From positions 186,001 to 250,000 of the forward strand of contig BROI01000029.1 of the NCBI GenBank assembly GCA_027923505.1: a DNA stretch of 64,000 nucleotides, read 5' to 3'. This stretch comes from Mayamaea pseudoterrestris. Lineage: Eukaryota. Below, one piece after another: positions 34,939 to 46,782 of the stretch (position 1 is its first letter; every line of letters begins with the position of its first letter). The translations under genes were made by a program, and so were the position numbers. The notes beneath the pieces were generated by a model. The model made no database searches. It worked only from the letters and a program-made list of their open reading frames with translations, and was not told the DNA's origin.

Positions 34939-37900
34939 TTATTTCCTCACCACTGGCAAACCATAGCATACTGGAGCGCATCCCACAAGATATTGCAATT
35001 TGCAAGCGGACCGCGCCTGGGCGACGCACTCCGGAAGGGATGCTCCGTCGTGATTCAGGAAGCGACCCAGCATGTCCATAGAGAATCGATCAATATCCTT
35101 GTCGGTAACGTCCCACAGGTTAGCAACAACGCAGGGTGCGCCGGCAGCAATGTATGTCTGCGCAATTCCCTCGGGCTCGACGTACATTGGCAACTTGGCC
35201 GCAACATTGGCAGTGTTTTTACGATTTACGGACTCGAGTCGTCCGCTACTGCAGCCCATGAGGATGAGAGATGACTGGACGTGACGCTCAATTTTGCCGC
35301 TATCATGTTGCTGAACCATTCCCTCAATGTCGCGACGACCAAAGTATTCGCGACCTGTACCATGGCCGAAAAAAAGAAGCAGCCCATCTTTAACCGCAAG
35401 CTGCTTCTGCATAAATTCCTTCGTCGGTGCCTCACCACTAACAAAATTCCAATGTGGCCCATGTCGGTCGTGTAACGAATCGAGAAATGGTGCCATTCGC
35501 TGTTGCGTGCCACCAAGATTGGATTCTGGGTCGAGTATGCACGATACTTTGCGAGCATCGACGACGATGGGTTCCTCCTGTGCCACGGTTTCGTAGAGCT
35601 TAGCAAGCACGAAAGGAAGTGATGGAGGCCGACAAACTACTCGACCTTCGAAACATTGCATTCCCTCAAAAGGAAATCTTTGCAAGTCTTCATCAACAAT
35701 CAAAAGAATCTTGGAATCACCAGCACTCTTGTTTACATCTAGCAGCGACTCGCTAGCGACAAAAGCAGCCTCAAATTTAGAAAAGAGATTCCCCTTTGCT
35801 TCTTTCCCAAAAAGCACACTAGAAACTGTTTCACACTCGAACCAATGAGCTTCAACGCCTTCGATGTGACTTTGCAGCCTGTGGTCAAGTTCAGATCGTT
35901 GGTTCCACCAACTCCGCTTACTCTCGTCGCAGTTAATATCGCTAATTGCTGCATCCTGTAAATGTTTGTTGCAATCTTCAATCAGAAGGTCAATGGGCGA
36001 CATAATACTGCAGTAATATCTGTCGTCAAAGATTAACCCACGATGACACGACTCATCCGGTTGAGGTGTCTGGGGAAAGACGCAGGCAGTGTCGAAACCC
36101 AGCCCACCTCCCTCTTTAATGTACACCGAACCGACAAGCAATTCGCCTGTTGGACAAAATGCCATCCCGACTATGCGCCAATCGCTTGGAAGAAGATTTC
36201 CAAGTCGTCGATAGAATCGATGTATGTGCTCATTCATGGTATCGGTGGGAAAATCACACCCAGCGTCAAGCGCACAAAGAGTCCAATAAACATCGTCAGC
36301 GGATGCACCGTCTTCGCATGGATCGCTTTGGCTCAAAAGTTCTGTTACGTGAATTCGTAACTCCTTTCCAATCGACATGTGAAGATACGAACAAGCAGAA
36401 TCTGCGACATTCGCTGCTGCTGGACCGGAAACGAGCGCAAGACAACGGAAAATGTTTCGCGCTAGGCAAATGGAGGAATCTCCAAGATGATGCATTGCCG
36501 ATATAAAATGTTGCCGCGCCGAAGCCGTCGCCTCGAGGGGCCCAGTGATCAAGTCAGACGCATCAGGTTCCACGTTCGAGTTGCCCTTCCACAACACTAA
36601 AAGTTCTCCTCTCGTTCTGGCTATCGTCAAATCCATCATTCCAAGAAGATACAGAGCTTCTGCACGAATAACATGGGGCGTGGCAGCAAGGTTGACAAGG
36701 TCTTTGCACAAGTGAGCGGCCTTTTGATGCGAGTTGCCCGAAACTATCAAACTTCGAGCTTCGTGAAGCCTCATGGTCAGTAGAATTATAGGCGCAAGGC
36801 TTTCAGCCAACTTGTCATCCAGCGCGAGCCGTCGAGCAAGGTTCCAAATTGGAGGTGTTGCCAAAAATGAGTCGTACCTGTTCCTGACGTCTGAGTAGAC
36901 ATCTGGCAAAAGTTCGAATGGGCCTGGAGCGCAGACAGCGTCGCTTAGCATTCGTAAAACTGAAGCAATTTATAAGAGCAAGCATTAGGGACATCTAGAA
37001 CAGTTTCACTTTGATATTTATTCGCGTACCTTCTGCCTCGCATACTATGGCATCCAGTTCCCAGTTTAAATCCTTGGTACTTGTCCTCGGCGAAGCAGCG
37101 ACAGCCACGTTGTTAACAAACTCATGTTCGACACGATCTGCCGCCGTTACTCGGGCAACCACACGAAGCAAAGTTCTTCGAAGTTGTAAGTCTCGACTGT
37201 TTTGGCATGAGCTTGACCGCGACGCTGATAGGAGCTCCGAAAAAGTTGCATCCTCGCTATCGCTGCTCCATTGGTAACCTCCAATATGTATTGCAGAAAA
37301 AGCATATTGTAAAGCTTTTCTCCAGCTACCAATATTTGAATACGTTTCGGCGATCAACTGTCGACATTCAATCTCCCTATCTCTGAGCTGAATCGCAATC
37401 AATTCATAAATAACGCTCGGCAACGGGGCCCGCCTTTTTGAACGCCGTGAACATAAGGCTAGGTTTGATATTGCGGCTTGGCATGACCGATGACACTCTT
37501 TTGCAAAAGAAATCACCGATCTAAAATTCCCGCGCCGCCCGGCTGACACAGCGAGACCATACTCGAGTGCGCATAAAACCCAGTGCAACAAGCCCAAACC
37601 CATCGACTCTGCGCACAAACCGATTGAACGCTTGATATAATTCCGCAGCGAGTATAAATTGTTATTTAAGACGTTCAGTTCATCGTCTGACGTCAAAAAA
37701 AGCGTAGAACGTTGGAGCCGGCTTGCAGTGGCGTAAAGTTTCAAGCGCGAAATATCGTTCGACTCATCATCCGCCAAAGCAAAGCTCTCGGGAATAGGGG
37801 CCGTCAAGACGGTCTCATCGCCCTCCAGTAAGCAAGCAGTTGCATTGAACCAGAGCGAAAAATGATCTGTTTCGTTTGCGGTCAATCGGCTACCAAGGTA

Positions 37901-40900
37901 AGCGACTTCATAAGCATGCACCTTTTCCCCTTCAGCTTTCATGTATTCGCACCACCGTGAAAAGGATGTCATGCCAATCTCCTTCGCGATCTCGAGGAGG
38001 TGAGTACCGGTGGTTGGAAAGTTGACTGATAGATTTTGACCAACTTCTCGGATGCATTCAAGAATTCGTCCCTTCTGTCCGGTATCTATGGAACCCATGT
38101 GCAGTTGCATCATTAGAATTGCAGGCACAATGGAGCTACCAGCAATGTCCCAATCATCAACGCCGGATGCTAGATCATTTAATCCATTCAACGCATTTGA
38201 TAGAAATCTTTTAGCGCACGAGTCCAAAGGTGCCCAGTAATCGCTCTCGTGATCAGCTTGTCCGCTGCAACACTGAAACATCGCCAATTGTCCGCGGCGT
38301 GATGTGAGAAATGTCGCGCAAACGACACGGAATAGGGATGTTAGGACAGATGAGGCTGTCATATCGCTTGCTGCTACTGTGCGAAGAAACCATAGTCCCA
38401 ATTGAGACAAATCAGCGTATTCGTCAAAACTAAAAATGTCTCCGTCCAATTTGACTTGTTTCTGGATGATTGTCCCGTAGCATGAGATGGCCTCTAGCAT
38501 GACGCTAAAGCGGTCCACCGCAGAGCAAAAATCCATGCTTAGCGAAGCATTTTCAATGACCACAACCTTTATAACGTCACTCAAGGACAAGGTCACATTC
38601 ACAGGCGACATGCCGTTCTTGTCCGACACTGCCATTAGCAACGAGTCAGTTGTCCCCTGGATTGAAAAATCATTCTGGCTGCTTCCTTTTAAAGTGCCGC
38701 GAAAGTTAGGTATGTCGCAGTAAGCAGTGACCAATCGGGTAACCATCGTCTTTCGTTGAGTGTCGCGGCCCTCGCCAATCGTCTGGATTAATTCAGCTGA
38801 GACCGCCATTTGTCCAAACAGTTGCTCAAGATGAATAGTACTTTTATCGCAATGGGTTGCAAGAACATAGTTGCTATGAGCAAGGGCGCAAGCGGACGCG
38901 AGGAAGGATTCTTCTCGGCGGTCATGTTCTTTGTAGATTGTTGACAAGTAAGTCCACCTAGACGATATCTGAACCATTTCTAATCGATTACGCGGAAGCA
39001 ACTGGAAAAGCTTCAAAGAATACAACAAAGGCACAAATGCATCTAGATTTTGCTCATGACGGCGCTTGCCAAGCGATGATAGATACTGTGACAAACCAAA
39101 AACGGTAGTTTATGAGTTACAGTTTCGTGCACGACAGATACTTAAGGGACGCCATCGGATTTACCTTTGCTAGGTTCTCGACGCAATCTTCGGAAAGTGT
39201 TGATACCTTTTGCTCAGCAAGTACGACACCAAATACCTTCCGTATTATGTCGTCCGACTGCAGAACATACTCATCTTTCTGAAGCGTCACGTGCAAGCGC
39301 TCCAGAACGCTCAGCGAGCCACGGAAACACCAATATAACATGTCACTGGCTTGCTCCAGCTTATCTGAATCCACTCCCTCCATAGCCAGTGGTGACATGC
39401 AGCTCCCGAGAATCTGCGCAGTCGCCTCGAGTGCTGGTCGCCTTTGCTGTATCCCATTTTCACCAGCTTCAGACTGCTGCGACAAAAAGTCTTGAATGGC
39501 CCTGTGCAGCAATGTTGAGCAGAGCAATTTAAAGTGTCGATAAGTATATCGATTGTGGTTCGATAAAAAATGTTCGATAACTAGCTGACGGTCGCTTCTT
39601 GAACTTGTCGTCACTGGATCCTCAAACTCGTTAATAAGCTCGAGTGAGGTGAAGAAGAGCGCCATTGCTGCAGCGTCTCCATCTTTTGCGCAGTCATTAT
39701 GAGCATATTGGCCACCAAGGTTTCGAAAGATGCAATGAGGTGACGAGCAGTAGGTCGTCGTGATGAGACGTACTCCGACGTGCAGTGCTCGAACAGCACA
39801 ATAGTCCGTGTACGTCTGGGAAGAGGGGCAGCTTCCAGTAAGACTATCAAGGTAATTCCCCAAGTCATTGTGGAATAACTTAATAGCTTTCGTGGCATCC
39901 GCTGGACTTTTGATTTTAGCCTGTTGAAAATGTAATGTTGAGTATTTATGAGCGCTGATGCAAGCGAGCTCAAAGAACTTATTGCCAATTCGAGCCTGCA
40001 AATCTTCGTCAAGGTCAGATCCGAGCAGAGTAAAAATTGCTTGTTTGCGCAGCTCCAGACAATGATCTGGATCTGTTGTATCCTTTGCTGCCTGCAGTAG
40101 CAGTTGGTAGCCAGCTTTGCAGTAGTGCTGTATTTCCTTCTCGTCCGAAGCGCTGTTCAGTGAAAGCCACGCCGACAATACTTTCGAAACTATATGAACA
40201 AGGCATTCGTACGTGTGATGCAACTTGCTTTTCTTTAAGCGATTCCACAGCGACGTTGTAAAATCCAGGTCAATAGGAATGTCTTTACCAGAAGTCAGCT
40301 TGTAAAGTATTCTTGCGGCTGCCATGCTCGCGCGAATTCCAATCGTCGACAGCTGGTCGACCGCCATACTGCCAACAAGCATCCCCTTCTTTAAACTCTG
40401 CATGCTTGGTGCGGGAAACACGTTTCCCATTATTTCATGCGAGCATTTTGTCAGCATTTTGAAAGCTATAACGTTCCCTTTATCGTCAGCACATTGACAA
40501 GCATAATCGCTCAAAGTTTGTCCTAGCGACTCGTACGCGACCAAACCAGACTGCGCCAGCAAGCCTCCATCTTCATCCATGGACGACTCGCAAAGAGTAA
40601 CAACGTGATAAAGACATTTCAGCTTGCCTTCAAGCCGTGAAGGTTCGCGACAATTCAGTGAACGGAGTGTATGTAGTGCAACGAGCATGCAAGGTTGTGC
40701 GATGGAATTGGTATCTGTCGCCTCCTTGATAACTTTACGGGCGCTACTGAACAAGGCAGCTTCGTTGGCTTTGATCATTTCGTCGCTAGGATTACCGGCC
40801 TGCAGTGAGGCTCGAACGACAGACTCTGCCAATTGTTTCTTGTCCTTCCAAAAATTCGCTTGACAGGTTTGATCAGCTGCCTGCCGAAACTTTCGCAAGA

Positions 40901-41036
40901 CTTTGTCGACGCTACTGGTAGATTGCTGACTGCTATTCTCTTTTCCATCAGCACCAGTCTCGTCCTGGCATTTCCGACGACGGCGAACTGTAATGTTGGG
41001 GTGCGATGAGTCGCATGATGACGACGCAGGTGGCAT
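34939..41036 (-). CDS. ESP1: Separase (peptidase C50), 3 exons (introns 39164-39086, 37029-36960)
   Basis: C-terminal catalytic motifs WWNQRSELD, LQRFPFE, ILDPESNL..T, FFGHGTG, LMGCSSG and VANLWDVTDKDIDRF. GT-AG introns join the three long ORFs in frame. Confidence 0.92.
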
Positions 41037-41870
41037 ATTTGAGATGGAGCCTTGAACGTGATGGTCGAATTGCGATACAATGCGCCCAAAGAAGAAGCAA
41101 AATATGCGACCAATGTGTCAAGTGCTTATTATGTTTTGTGCTCCGTAACCTTTGCAGATGGATGATGAACTATGAACTCATGCACCATGGTCGTTCGTCA
41201 GGTCGTCGTCCCATTCGCAGGCGTGGCAACGGAAACGTAGTGTCCGATCGTTATCGGCGGAAAACCGATACGACAGGAGAATCTTCAACGTCAAACGAGG
41301 CGGTTGCCGGTACAGTATATACTGGTATGGTTCGGTACTAGCTGTTTAGTATACCGGTAACTATTAGCCAACACTGTACATACGGTACATCAGTTATATC
41401 TGCATGTCAGATGTCAATATTGATCAGTTGGTTGCTACCGGTGTGTGTACCAATCACAAATCAGAAGTTTTTTTGAGTTTATATAGCATTGAGGCGGCAT
41501 TATTGTCAGCAAGGACCATACAGCGCTGACAGCACCGCATCCCGTCTGCTCTGCGAAGTTAAGCAGCGCCTGGCCTGGTTAGTACTACGGTGGGGGACCA
41601 CGTTGGAATCCCAGGTGTTCTTGTTTTTGCATATTCGATTCGAAATCAGAATCATCATCCACCCTACTCCTATTCGATAACGCTACAGTAAGTCACTTGA
41701 TGCTCCTTCTTTTGTACGTAATTAGGTCTACTGGTGCAAACAACTGTATGAGTTAGCTAAATAAACTATTCTTCACTCGCATCCTTATTTACGACTACTG
41801 GCAGCACTTTGCCATGGCGTGACGATAGTATAGACCGCAAAAGCAGCGTTCCGGTAGCTCCACCTGTTAT

Positions 41871-42404
41871 CTATATTCCATATTTCATTTTCATAGTCAA
41901 AAGTCCTTGTTGTCCAAGCAAGATCTCATGTACAAATGTAAAGAAGCCAAGCCAAACAATCGGCGTTATGTCAACACCAAATGCTGGCGGAATGCTTCCT
42001 CGGACAGCTCTCAACAATGGTTCCGTTGGAAAGACAACGAGTGACCACGGAAGCTTCTTTACGTCCATTGTAGGATACCAGCTCAACACGACGCGAACAA
42101 GCATGGCCAAGCTAAAAAAGTTGGTGAAAATGTCGAGCGCGAATGCCGTCGGTTGGACCCATGCTTCCGTTTCCGAGAGAATGAGGGAGGTCGTATCCAT
42201 GCTTGTTACCAAAGATGGATCAATCATTTGTAAACGAGAGTCTCGCGCAGAAACTTGGGTTAGCTGTGGTCGAAAAGGTACGTTGGTGTACGTCGTCGTG
42301 CTTGGTGATCGGATGGCGGCAGCTGGAATATGCGGAGCAAATGCGTTGCTTGTACCAATACCTAGAGCGAGCAAGTAACAAAAATGATCACTATGGAGTC
42401 TCAT
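41871..42404 (-). CDS. Plastid YGGT/YlmG-family membrane protein (CCB3-like)
   Basis: Motifs RVVLSWYP, PTEPLL..R..IPPAFGVDITPIVW and EILLGQQGLL; presequence with SNAFAP. Confidence 0.85.
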   Translation of the reverse strand: MRLHSDHFCYLLALGIGTSNAFAPHIPAAAIRSPSTTTYTNVPFRPQLTQVSARDSRLQMIDPSLVTSMDTTSLILSETEAWVQPTAFALDIFTNFFSLAMLVRVVLSWYPTMDVKKLPWSLVVFPTEPLLRAVRGSIPPAFGVDITPIVWLGFFTFVHEILLGQQGLLTMKMKYGI

Positions 42405-42571
42405 GGTGGCAGTTGCGCTGAGCTTTGCTTTCAGAAAGACTGGAGAGTCGACCTTTGCTTGACAGTGAGATGCACCCGTAATAGCGACGGTGGTTGTGAG
42501 GCGTGCTCGATGTGACGCAAGTCGCTTCGTTAGTCGTTTCATTTTGTACACCAATCATGATAGCACATTAA

Positions 42572-42816
42572 AAGGCATTAATTGAAAACAAATGCCAGTG
42601 TCAATTACGTCATAAGGCTATACTGTGAAACAAGTGCCAGTGTCAATTACGTCATAAGGTTATACTGTGAAACGAGTGCCAGTGTCAATTACGTCACGAG
42701 GCAATAATGATTGAAACGAGTGCCAGTGTCAATTGCGTCACGAGGCAATTGCTGAAAACGAGTGCCAGTGTCAGTGACGTCAGTAGGCTATAGTTCGAAA
42801 CTAGTGCCAGTGTCAA
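42572..42816. repeat. 42-bp minisatellite (6 core copies) in a divergent promoter, carrying TGACG(T/C) motifs
   Basis: TGCCAGTGTCA at 42593, 42635, 42677, 42721, 42763 and 42805. The first five are followed by ATTACGTCA, ATTGCGTCA or GTGACGTCA. Confidence 0.92.
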
Positions 42817-42892
42817 CAGTACAAGTATGAGTACTGTAGGCATTTGCCGGATATGATGTCAAGGTCGATACACGAGGACCCCATGAGCCAAC

Positions 42893-43555
42893 ATGAGCCA
42901 TCCAGTCAATTCTGCAACGAATATTGAATCTAATGGGGCAGCTGCTGGGAAGATGAATCGCGCTCAAAGTTCCGGCGTTTCCGATGACAAGGAACGGCGT
43001 GATTCAAGACGCAGTAGTCGTCGCGCCACAGAAAATGGATCGAGGCGCCACAAAAAGCACAAGAAACACCGGAAACGACGTCATAGCAGCAGCAGTGATG
43101 ATGATGAAAGTGATGACTCATCAGTCGGCAAGCGGGAACGAAAGAGACGACGGAAACGCAAGAGCAAGAGCAAATCCGAGGAGAAGCGAAGAAGTATCGA
43201 CGAGGAACGACATCAACGAAAATCCGAAGCCCCTACCGACCAACCGATAGAAACCTTGCATCCACCATCGCATGTTCAAGAGAAAGCACAACATAATGTC
43301 CCTCTTCAAGAACCGTTGCAGCAGCAGGCCAAAGCTCGTCAAATGGTACCCATGACCAAGGAACAATACGAGGCGAAACGAGCGGTGATTCGCGAGGAAT
43401 ATGATCCTGAATCTGGTCGCCATCGCTTGGTACGAGGCACCGGAGAAATACTGGAGCGTATTGTTTCACGAGACCAGCATTTAGCAATCAATCGAATGGC
43501 TACGCGAGGTGATGGTGCAAGCTTTTCACGCAACTTGTATAGGAATAGCCGATGA
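42893..43555 (+). CDS. ARL6IP4: ARL6IP4/SR-25-like nuclear splicing-associated protein
   Basis: R/K/S-rich N-terminus; conserved C-terminus MVPMTKEQYE...YDPESGR.RLVRGTGEILERIVS...INRMATRGDG. Confidence 0.8.
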   Translation: MSHPVNSATNIESNGAAAGKMNRAQSSGVSDDKERRDSRRSSRRATENGSRRHKKHKKHRKRRHSSSSDDDESDDSSVGKRERKRRRKRKSKSKSEEKRRSIDEERHQRKSEAPTDQPIETLHPPSHVQEKAQHNVPLQEPLQQQAKARQMVPMTKEQYEAKRAVIREEYDPESGRHRLVRGTGEILERIVSRDQHLAINRMATRGDGASFSRNLYRNSR

Positions 43556-43784
43556 GGTGAACTTGACATGCTGCGTATCACTGGCAGTAGAGCTAATTTC
43601 TTTACATTTATCACAAATACACTTTGTTTTATATACATATTCTGTTATACTTGGTGGTGATTATGCTCGCTCAGCCGACGAGGTGCACTAACAGCTCTCA
43701 GCAATCAAAACAAACGAGCCGTGTCGAGCACCCATCCAGTTGAATGCGAGTCTCGCGATACTGCATAGTAACTTGACTCAACAA

Positions 43785-44327
43785 TTACTCCTCCATCGCA
43801 TCTCCCGCAGCAACCGCCTTGCCCACTTGCTGTCGCACGGCAGACTTTTTGCGTGCCGCAATCCTTGCTCTTGCGCTGTCCACAACATTGCGCATGACTT
43901 GCTCGCGCGAGGCCACCGCCGGCGCCAAGAGTTCAATCGACTTTTCAATCTCTGCTCGTGCCTGCTTCTTCTTTTCAACACTAGCATCCTTCATGCGCGC
44001 CTGGAAGAAGCGTTCCTCACGCGCCGTTTGAATCTCCTTAATCTTTTCCATGGCTTGCAAGGTCGCTCCCGTCAAGTCGCGATCATACTTGACTGGCCGG
44101 TTTCGTCTCTTTTCAAATTCAAAGGTACTATCAACAGCCATTTCCTTTCCGCGCGTCCGGCGAAAGGTTTTGGTCCAGGCAACCTTGCGTGGATTGCGCT
44201 TCTTGTGAAAGTTGCGAATGCACTTGGAACGACAAAAACGAAACTGCTTGCTGTCGTTGCGGACAAAGACCATGCCATGGCCAGGGTAGCATGGGCTACT
44301 GCAAAAGTAGCATTTTTCAATTCTCAT
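43785..44327 (-). CDS. RLP24: Ribosome biogenesis protein RLP24 (RSL24D1)
   Basis: Motifs MRIEKCYFCSSPCYPGHG, FCRSKC, KRNPRKVAWTK and FEFEKRRNRPVKYDR. Confidence 0.96.
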   Translation of the reverse strand: MRIEKCYFCSSPCYPGHGMVFVRNDSKQFRFCRSKCIRNFHKKRNPRKVAWTKTFRRTRGKEMAVDSTFEFEKRRNRPVKYDRDLTGATLQAMEKIKEIQTAREERFFQARMKDASVEKKKQARAEIEKSIELLAPAVASREQVMRNVVDSARARIAARKKSAVRQQVGKAVAAGDAMEE

Positions 44328-44508
44328 GGTGAAGTTTAGGCTTGATAGAAATGCCGAGGGTGTTTGTTTGTCGGGTCGAGTTTGAAAGAACAACTGTGAA
44401 CGGGTGGTGCTCGAGAGTTGCAGTTTCGCGCCAAACTGGAACAAAGCGTGACAAAAGTCGCACCGGAACTCAACTCAAGCGCGAAACTTCGACGACATCC
44501 GATTCGCC

Positions 44509-46512
44509 ATGGCGGTCGTTCTTGCGATTCGACGTTCCTTCTGGCAGCGCAGAACTATATCGCAATGGCATGCATACCTATCTACACAATCAATAACCAA
44601 GTCCTACCAAAATGCTGGAATTTACAGCATCTTGAGCGACAAGGAACGAACGATTCTAGACGACCAACGATCGCTCATTCATCGAGCGCGGCAACTGTCA
44701 CAAAATGTCGGTATATCTAATGCACGGATTGGCGAAAGAAGCATCCTGGATGAATCTGTGTTCACAATTGTTGTCGCCGGTGAATTCAATTCGGGAAAGT
44801 CAACTTTGATCAATGCACTCGTTGGAAGTAAACTACTGGATGTAGGACACTTGCCAACGACCGACAGCATTACAATATTGTCGCATAATACTGCCTCAGA
44901 AGACGAAAATGCTCCTCAACAGCCTCCATTGACACCAGGAGTCATGCACTTGACAGTCAATCTACCGTTATTGCGCGACATGAACATTGTCGACACGCCC
45001 GGCACCAACGCCTTGACAAATCATACGTCTCGCACCCTCAATTTGCTACCCAAGGCCGATTGCATACTATTCGTCACCTCGGCAGATCGACCATTTCCAG
45101 AATCGGAGCGTAGAATTATAGAAGGGATACAGCAGTATCGAAAGAGTATAACAATGTGAGTGGCAAGCAAGTTGACGACTGATAGTATTCCCCCAATCTC
45201 CACCATGTTTCGGTTCATTTCTCACCGATTTTCCTACATAATTTGCAGCGTTGTAAACAAAATGGACATTATCGAAGCAAGCGGAGGTGACCATGGCTAC
45301 AAGGAGAAACAAAAACTCATCAACTTTGTCGCGGATCACGCCAGCGACTTGCTCGGCGCCAATCCAACCATCTTGGCCGTATCGGCGCGCGACGCCTTGG
45401 CGGCCAAACTCACGTCGCCGCAACACGAGCATGAGCTGGCGGCCATCTGGAAGCGATCCAATTTTAAAACACTCGAAACGTTTCTGCGTGATACATTGAC
45501 GACGGAAACAAGGATCAAAGCCAAATTGTTGAATCCGATTGGTGTGGCGGAAGGATGGATCAACGAATGCCAAGCGAGACTGGCCAAAGAGAACCAACAG
45601 TTGGAAGCAGACCGCGTCACACTCAATCTACTATCGAGCCAGCTGGATCGATGGCGGATGGACATTCAAATGGACATGGAACGAGCGAGAAAGGAGATTC
45701 AAGATCGCCTGGATCAGGAAGGCAGGCGGGCGCGTATTGTTTCCATGCGACTGCACAAAGTGACCGATTTTTACCGAGCTACACTTATTGATCCACTATT
45801 ACTTGCACGAGAATGGAAAAACACACAGTCGATTGCATACAAGCACGAGACCCTTGAAGCAGAGCTGCAACACTTGATACAGGAAACAGCGGACGCCATT
45901 GCACTGCGTGGACGGGCACAGGGACAAGCTGTGATCGAGTTTCTAGGGCAGCGACCGTCTTTGAGAAATAGAAGCTTGGTGAGCAGCGTCATGACCGCAT
46001 CCAAATTTGAGGAGACACGCGACAACTTGCGAGAAAACATGGCACTCGCCATGCGACGGTTGATGTTCGACGAAGACATTGAAGGTGAACAGCGCCTCTT
46101 CCTCGAGTCTTTGCAATTTTTGGCGCGAATATCAGCTACTCTATTTTCTGTGGCGATTATGTCTGTTGGATCTGGAGCACTGCAAGCTGTAGATATCGTT
46201 GCTGGAAGTAGTGTTGGAGCAGCATTGGCCGTCTCGGGCGCCTTCGTGCTGACTAAGAGACGGCCCGCTTTAACGCAAAATTATGAAAGGAAATGGACGG
46301 AGAGAAACAAGAAATTTCAAGAAGCGTTATGTCGAATTATGGAAGAAGAACTCGATCGACTTGAGCGGCACATTAAAAACGGTGTCACGCCATACACACG
46401 CCACGTGCAAGCGGATGAAGAGCGGCTTCACAGCCTGTCAACTGAATGTCAGGATCTACTCTCTGAATCTCATCGTTTAAGAAAGTTGATCAACGACGTT
46501 GGAACGAAGTAA
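44509..46512 (+). CDS. FZL: FZO-like dynamin-family GTPase (intron 45156-45248)
   Basis: G1 GEFNSGKS, G3 DTPGTN, FVTSADRP..ESE, spliced G4 VNKMD, KAKLLNP, and two C-terminal TM segments. Confidence 0.82.
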
Positions 46513-46782
46513 CTTAAGTAACAGGAGTAGACGTTTCGTGGGATGTCATGCGCGGAAACAAGAAAACGGAGCCCTGTTGCCGACAGGAGATGCTGCACCA
46601 GCTACACAAACTGCGCTGAGGAGTATTCATCTATTGTCACCCCGACGGTTTTACTTAGTCATCGCATCCCTGACTGCACGAAGATTGCGCTTGTGGGAAC
46701 AATTACACAGGGTCTCAGTATGCTAACTAACATATACAACATCCTTTATTATCATACCCATTACACAAATTTCGCTTCACAA

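Noticed and set aside
42572..42816. CRISPR array (conserved ~28-bp repeat with variable linkers)
   Set aside because: The linkers are only ~14-16 nt and clearly related to one another, there are no cas genes, and the context is eukaryotic. It is a minisatellite.
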